A program made the translations under genes and the position numbers. DNA of 24,518 nucleotides, taken from contig NW_008246107.1 of the NCBI RefSeq assembly GCF_000281045.1, forward strand, positions 189,758 through 214,275, read 5' to 3'. The notes below the pieces were generated by a model that did not search any database, was not told the origin of the DNA, and was given only the letters and a program-made list of their open reading frames with translations. Origin of the DNA: Saprolegnia diclina VS20 (taxonomy: Eukaryota). Positions 18,824 through 24,518 of this stretch are shown here, one piece after another (position 1 is the stretch's first letter; each line of letters begins with the position of its first letter).

Positions 18824-21800
18824 CTAGTATGCAGCCGACGCCAGCATCGGGCCAAACACGAGGTGGGCCGCGTCGGTCCAATTCGCCGCCGATGCGACAG
18901 CAGGGAAGCGCTCGAGCATGGCCGCGACGCTCTGACTCGGGTGCAGCAACGTGAGGCACATGAGCAACGTCGGGAGCTTCTCACGGTGCGGACCGACGAT
19001 CTTGGCCCAGTGCGCCGTACGGAGGAGCTGACGCACGAGCGCCGCGTCGCCATGCTAGTAAACATGAGATCCAATAGTCTATAAATCAAGAGTTTTGTCG
19101 TACGAGGAGAGAAAAGATGACGGGCACGAGATCCCAGATTGCGTCGCCCGTCTTCATGTCGGCAAAGTCGAGCACCGTCGTCGGCGCCCACGAGGCGTCG
19201 CCCACAAACACTGGCTCCTTCTCGCCCGAACCATCGTTCTCATCGTCCTCGTCCACTGCGAAGAGAAAGCTGGCGTCGTGTACCTTGGCCCGCTACTCAC
19301 GGATCAGCACGCGCGTACATCGTACATCGTACGTACGTGGGCCACGGCAAGGAGGCGCCGACGCAGCGGCCACGTGAGCCCGTCGATTTCGGGCGCCTCG
19401 AGCGCGACTTGCGCGAGCGACGTCATCTTGTGCGCCGCCGCAAACGCCTCGAGCGGCGCCGCGACGGCCGGTGGCAGCGCCGCCCGCAGCGCGTCGGTCC
19501 ACGGCGGACGCCCGAGTACGTTCTCGGCCGTTAAGTCGCCATGCAAAAACACGGGCGACGACGTGCTTGCGAGGACCAGTGACGGGACGGATGCTGGCAC
19601 AAATGCGTCGATCTGGTCCATCAAGTGGTCGGGCAGCACGCCATTGTCCAAATGCACTAGTGTAATAGAGCCATTGCATCCACCTTCTCATATTTCAGTG
19701 TCGTACCTCCGACGCACTTGGCGCGCAGACGGCCGAGGTACTCGGTGTACCATTGCATGCTACTGCGGGGCGTCGGGCCCACGGCGCTGGGCGTCGACGG
19801 CACCTGCGAGAATGTCATGCATGAGTGTCTGGTATGGCGTAGGCCGGGTACCGGGAGGGCGTGGAAGGCTGGGAACCACGTATCGCCCAGCCACGCGACC
19901 AAGCTGGACCACGACGCCGGCGAGAGCGGGTCGCCGCGCGACAGCATCGACGCGACTGAGATGTCATCGGCGTGATACGACAGCACAAGGTACGGCCAGC
20001 GCCACACGACGTCGTCGTCGTCGATCTCGGGGTGCAGTGTGCCGCGCGCCAAGAGCGTCGGTGTCGCGGCCTTCAGCACCGGCGAGCCGTGCGCGGCGAT
20101 CGCGTCGTAGACGAGGCACTCGTTGACAAACGCGGCTTCGAGGAACGTGATGACGTCGATGCCGTCGACGCCGCGCACGTGCGGCGTGAGCGCGGTCGGG
20201 AGGTCGCAGTCGGCCCACTGGCGGTTGAGCGAGCTAAACCACTTGAGAATGACGTGGTCGTGTACGACAAAGACGGGGTTCACGGCCGCCGTGAGCGCTC
20301 GGAGCGGCGCCGACGCGATTGAGGCGAGCGCCGCGTCCTGGCACGAACGCAGCAGGTCGTGCCGGGATAAAATGTGCCGCACGCTTGGCGTCCACACGCT
20401 CGTGTCGGTGAACGACCGCACCATTGCAAACTCGTTGACGTAGCCACGCTGGACGGGGAGGCGGTGGAGCCGCAAGAACGGCGAGAGACCCGGGCGCGTC
20501 CTATTTCAAAGATGAACTATTGCCGCAGCGTCGACGCGCGTACGTGGCGATCGCTAATTCGAGGCGGTCGAGCGTCTCGAGGTCGCCGGTGCGCGTAATG
20601 TCAGAGAGGAACGGACCGAGGTTCGAAGCGTCTACTTGATGTTGACGCCGGTGCTGGGTATCGAGTGAGAAGTACCAACAAAGTTCTGGGTTACGGCAAT
20701 CGAAAAGTCGAGGTTAAGCACGAGGTGCCACCACCCACTGGGCACGTAGATGGTCTCACCCGGCTCTTGCACGACCTACGCAAAATGCCATCAAATTCGG
20801 CGACTGCTATCGCGTTGAGGACCTCGTACGGGCGGTCTTCGGGCGCCAGCGTCGGGTATACGTTCAAGTACCACTCGAGCGACGTCATGTGCACCGCCGT
20901 CTCGTTGTTCTAGTCGCCAACAAGGATGAGACAACTCTGTGAATCCTCAAGACGCACGAGGAGCTGAACACCCGGTGGCGGGTGGTCGGGCGGGTACATG
21001 GCCCAGCGCTTCCGACCCACGAGAAGCGCATTCCACGCCGACGTCTTGACCGGGTCGAGGTGCCATGGCGCGCCCGACCTAGAGCATCGATATCAGTACT
21101 CGAGTCGATATTTGATTACGAAGCACCGAGCAGGGCCGGCGACGAGCCACCGAAATTCGGGGCGGTCGGCGCCGAGGACGTCGAGGAGGTCGTCGCGAAA
21201 CATGGGCGGCAGCGCGTAGTCGTCGAGGAGCGACGGCATCTTCTCGCCAAAGAGCGGGTCAAAGATGTACAGCGGCGTCTCGTCGTGCTGGCCCGCGACG
21301 TAAGCCTCGTAGTCGGCCAGCGTGACGCGGACGTCGACGTCGACGTCGAGGTTGTGCGTGACGCGGCAGGCCACGTCGCCGAAGCGGTACACGAGCGACT
21401 CGAGGGTCCACGCGGCGGGTTTGCGCTCGCCTGTATACAGCAGTGTTGTGCAGAGACAAGCATGGAAAAGGAGCGTACCGGTGGACGGAAGCGCGGGCCA
21501 GTCGGTGCAGCCGTCCGTGAGCATGACCGGGCGCCGGCCATAGCGCTCGCTAAATGCGCTCGGAGCGATCGCGTCCATGGCCATGCGAGGAATCGCGCGC
21601 GGCGACTGCGGCACAAAGTCTACGAGGTGCATGTACCGGCGGTAGTACCGACGCTGGAGAAAGTCCGACGAGAGACACTCGGGCGGGACCGCGATCGCGG
21701 GCGGTGGCGGCCGAGGCGCCGTCGGTGGCTCGCGAGGGTAAAAGTACGTTGCCTTCCAAGAGCCTTTGTACGCAAAGTCACCGTGGTGCGCGCGCAGCAC

Positions 21801-22026
21801 CTGCGCCTCCCAGAGCGGCTACGACCTTGTGAGACGATGCATCAGGCGATGGGTCCTACCTCTTCGTTGGCAAAGATGTACCAGACTAGGACACGCGCAT
21901 GAGCCAGGCCACGCAAGAGGCAAGGCGAATACCTTTGCACGTGGCAGCGAGCGAGAGGAGGTCGTCGGGCCCGACCAAGAGCGTCAGGTACACCTTGAGC
22001 TGGTCCGAGAGCGACGCCAGCGCCAT
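18824..22026 (-). CDS. F-box + JmjC (JMJD6-class) + APH/kinase-like protein, plant JMJ21 (At1g78280)-like, ~900 aa, 12 exons
   Basis: F-box-like LASLSDQLKVYLTLLVGPDDLLSLAATCK..YIFANEEPLW. JmjC motifs DETPLYIFDP, RWLVAGPARSGAPWHLDPVKTSAWNALLVGRKRW and QEPGETIYVPSGWWHLVLNL, with the HxD...H triad intact. Kinase-like HGDLTAEN and DFAD...GDAIWDL. Removing 11 GT-AG introns keeps the frame from ATG 22026 to TAG 18826-18824. Confidence 0.9.
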
Positions 22027-22036
22027 TTTGCCTTTT

Positions 22037-22089
22037 TGAAAATGACGCCATCTGATTAGCTGCTGCATTCTGCCGCGTCCTGTGATTGG
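22037..22089 (-). promoter_or_regulatory. Core promoter of the JmjC gene: CCAAT (22089-22085) plus INR-like TCATTTTCA (22045-22037)
   Basis: Same layout and spacing (~40-44 bp) as the promoter at 12574-12627; about 20 bp upstream of ATG 22026. Confidence 0.5.
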
Positions 22090-22868
22090 TCAAAATTGAA
22101 CAAGATACACACCCACGAAGTCGACGCCACGACGACGACCGGGAGGCGCTGTCTTTGTGCCGCTGCTTGGTGATTTCCAGCGCGATGCCAGCAGATCGGA
22201 CTGAGCTGCCAACGACAGCGCGGTCCAGAGCTCCTCCGGACGAGGACGCGGCTGGTGCATAGCCAGTCATGCACGACGACGTTCAGCCCGGTTGGTTCGC
22301 ATGCAGGGAATTCGCAAATGGGCTTTGTGGAGTACTAGCCGTGCAAGTTGCCTGCCGCGTAGCCAAGGCTGATGAGTCGCGCGGGCTGTTGAAATCGAGC
22401 TACGTGTCGAGCAGCGACGTCTCGGCTCGGACATGCGGTCCGCTGTTGTACGAGATGCAGACATGCTGCTTGAATAGCCCTTCTTTGCGATGATTGACCA
22501 AGCTGACACGAAACCTACCCTAGTGAGAGGGTTCGGGTGCTGGCGCAAGATCGGACCATAGTGGAACAACTAGACTCGAGCATGCTACCTTGATCATCCT
22601 GAAGGCTCACGGGTTGCGACCAGAACTCAAAGTCACCAGTCGTTGTCGGACCAAGACATCTCTGTTCGTCTGTGCTGATGCATTTGCCGTCTTTACGCAA
22701 AGCTCTCCACCCACGTGGACGCTTGGAGAAGTGCGATACTTGCGTCGAAAGACCTCGCCGATATCACTCCCGAAGCACCTCTTTCCCTTGTTTTGTAGCA
22801 GCCAAAAGTACAAATTGTATTGTTGCTTATCATCAAGTAGTACAGTATGCAAGGTCGCCACCGCGACT

Positions 22869-24518
22869 TCAAAAGGCCGCCGATGCGTCTTCGTGCGTCG
22901 CCAGCAGCTTGTACGTGGCGTCGTCCAGCGCGAGGTCGTCGCGGCGCTGGCGCATCGCGACCAAAGCGACGGCGGCAGCGACGACACATACGAGGCCGAG
23001 AAGCACCATGGGCGACGACGGCGCCACGGCCACGAGCATCGACTGCACCGGCGTCGGGTCGTCGGCCGTCATCTCGCGCAAGTTGCCTTCCAAAAAGCTC
23101 GACACGGGACACGTTGCGCTCTTGCCGTTGCAGTAGATCGGACGCGAGTAGCCGGTGGGTTTCTGGCACACAACTTTCCCGCCCAAGAAGCGATCGACGC
23201 AGTTGCCTTCCCCGTCGCAGGTGTCCTTGCCGTCGCAGGCGCCACCTTGGCTCGTGCCAGCGCACGTGACCGACGAGTCGGCGTATTCATCGGGCGGGCA
23301 GAACCCCATGTCGCCCGTGCACGTCGCTGCGATCGTACACGGACCCGCCTTGGTGTTACCGCAAACGGCACCCGACGGCAAATACTTGTCGACGCAGCTG
23401 CCCTTGCCGTCACAGTAATCCTGAGCGTCGCAAGGATTTCCGTTGCACGTTCCCGAGCACGTCGTCGTCGTCGGCTCAAACTTGTCGATTGGGCATTGGC
23501 CCGACTCGCCGGTGCAGGTCTCGGCAATATCGCAGCCGGTAGCCGCCGTTCGGCAGACGGTCGACGATGGGAGGTACACGTCGATACAGTTGCCATTCCC
23601 GTCGCAGTGGTCGACACCGTCGCATGGGTTGCCGTTGCAGGATCCCGTGCACGTCACGGTCGTCGTCGCGAACGCATTCACCGGGCACGCACCGCTGGAG
23701 CCAGTACACGTTTCGGCGACATCACATTGGCCGTTGGAGGGCCGGCAGACACTCATTGCCGGCAAATACATGTCGACGCAGCTGCCCTTGCCGTCGCAGT
23801 AGTCTTGAATGTCACACGCGCCGCCGGTGCTCGTGCCAGAGCACTTGGTGGTCGCACAAGCGAATGAATCATCCGGACACTCGCTGCGTTGACCAGTGCA
23901 AACCTCTGCGACGTCACATACGCCCTTGGAAGCCCGACAGACCGTAGATGACGAAAGATAGCGGTCGACACAGTTGCCACAGCCATCGCAAAAGTCTTGG
24001 GCGTCGCATGCGCCTCCCGTCTTGGTCCCCGTGCACGTCGTCGTGCTCGATGCAAAAGCATCGGTCGGACACCGGCCAGCTGACCCAGTGCACATTTCCT
24101 GTACGTCACACGAGCCTTTGGACGGTCGGCAAACCACCGACGAAGGCAGATAAACGTCCACGCAGTTGCCTTGGCCGTCGCATTTGTCGATTCCGTCGCA
24201 TTCGTTGCCGTTGCAGGTGCCGACGCAGGTGGTTGACGACGACTGGAACGCATCGATGGGGCAGAGGCTGCTACTTCCGGTGCAAGTTTCCGCGACGTCG
24301 CATTGGCCCTTGGACGCCCGACACTCTTTCGACGCCGGCAGGTACTTGTCCACGCACTTCCCAGAGCCGTCGCACAAGTCTTGAGCGTCGCAAGCGCCGC
24401 CGTTGTTTGTGCCGGTGCACTTGACCGACGATGACTGGAATGCGTCGGCGGGGCAGTAACCACTCGAGCCTGAGCACTGTTCTGCCACGTCGCATTCGTT
24501 GGCCGCCTTTCGGCAAAC
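22869..24518 (-). CDS. Cys-rich disintegrin-like repeat protein with a C-terminal TM helix (type I membrane protein); 5' end lies outside the window
   Basis: The frame is open to the window edge (VCRKAANECDVAE...). Units CRxxxxxCDVAExCTGxSxxCPxDxF match the C-terminal half of disintegrin domains. A hydrophobic segment MVLLGLVCVVAAAVALVAM (23009-22953) is followed by RQRR and a short tail. Confidence 0.87.
   Translation of the reverse strand, partial: VCRKAANECDVAEQCSGSSGYCPADAFQSSSVKCTGTNNGGACDAQDLCDGSGKCVDKYLPASKECRASKGQCDVAETCTGSSSLCPIDAFQSSSTTCVGTCNGNECDGIDKCDGQGNCVDVYLPSSVVCRPSKGSCDVQEMCTGSAGRCPTDAFASSTTTCTGTKTGGACDAQDFCDGCGNCVDRYLSSSTVCRASKGVCDVAEVCTGQRSECPDDSFACATTKCSGTSTGGACDIQDYCDGKGSCVDMYLPAMSVCRPSNGQCDVAETCTGSSGACPVNAFATTTVTCTGSCNGNPCDGVDHCDGNGNCIDVYLPSSTVCRTAATGCDIAETCTGESGQCPIDKFEPTTTTCSGTCNGNPCDAQDYCDGKGSCVDKYLPSGAVCGNTKAGPCTIAATCTGDMGFCPPDEYADSSVTCAGTSQGGACDGKDTCDGEGNCVDRFLGGKVVCQKPTGYSRPIYCNGKSATCPVSSFLEGNLREMTADDPTPVQSMLVAVAPSSPMVLLGLVCVVAAAVALVAMRQRRDDLALDDATYKLLATHEDASAAF
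23106..24515 (-). repeat. Intragenic tandem repeat, 192-nt (64-aa) period, 7 full units plus a degenerate partial unit
   Basis: The first Cys codon of each unit falls at 24515, 24323, 24131, 23939, 23747, 23555, 23363 and 23168 (the 7th unit is 65 aa). Confidence 0.9.

Noticed and set aside
18193..19191. 332-aa minus-strand ORF
   Set aside because: Off-frame over the last JmjC exons and antisense to the PH gene; no independent support.
19095..20126. 343-aa plus-strand ORF
   Set aside because: Antisense to exons of the JmjC/APH gene, with a low-complexity Arg/Ala translation.
21330..21349. Self-complementary (GACGTC)n run
   Set aside because: Explained by coding of DVDVDV with the preferred GAC/GTC codons.
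22590..23867. 425-aa plus-strand ORF
   Set aside because: Antisense shadow of the disintegrin-like gene. GC-rich codon usage leaves opposite-strand frames free of stops, and no domain is recognisable.
23106..24515. Periodic repeat as a CRISPR-like array or satellite
   Set aside because: The period is a multiple of 3 and units diverge at synonymous sites, so it is a protein repeat in a eukaryotic gene.
266..24518. The genes forming one functional cluster
   Set aside because: The predicted functions (flagellar, sterol transport, chaperone, JmjC enzyme, adhesin) are unrelated, so ordinary eukaryotic gene order is the simpler explanation.

Overview
Eukaryotic, GC-rich, gene-dense window. It is most likely from an oomycete of the Saprolegniales (Saprolegnia/Achlya type). 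That placement is inferred from the very short GT-AG introns (about 38-56 nt, mostly GTACG donors), oomycete-type CCAAT/INR promoters, a WRKY19-like HGGG zinc-finger gene and a disintegrin-like repeat gene. Splicing by hand gives ten protein-coding genes: (1) a ~1450-aa, 23-exon protein with an axonemal dynein light chain-like segment, coiled coil, IQ-like and EF-hand-like parts; (2) a CSRNP-N-like protein; (3) a 14-exon NPC1/Patched-family transporter that appears to lack the N-terminal sterol-binding domain; (4) an 84-aa microprotein whose last exon supplies only the tripeptide IYL; (5) UXT (prefoldin-alpha-like); (6) a PH + pathogen-related (SnoaL/NTF2-like) fusion; (7) a WRKY19-like zinc-finger protein; (8) a PH-domain protein; (9) a 12-exon F-box/JmjC/APH-kinase-like protein (plant JMJ21-like); (10) a 5'-truncated membrane protein made of 64-aa disintegrin-like repeats. 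One further ORF is only weakly supported. I found no RNA genes, mobile elements or CRISPR arrays. I cannot demonstrate a new multi-gene system. The best leads are the HbYX-like micro-exon, the NPC1 lacking its N-terminal domain, two unusual domain architectures, and a recurrent palindromic GTGGGAAA/TTTCCCAC element in divergent promoter regions. All family assignments come from motif recognition and recall; no database search was run.
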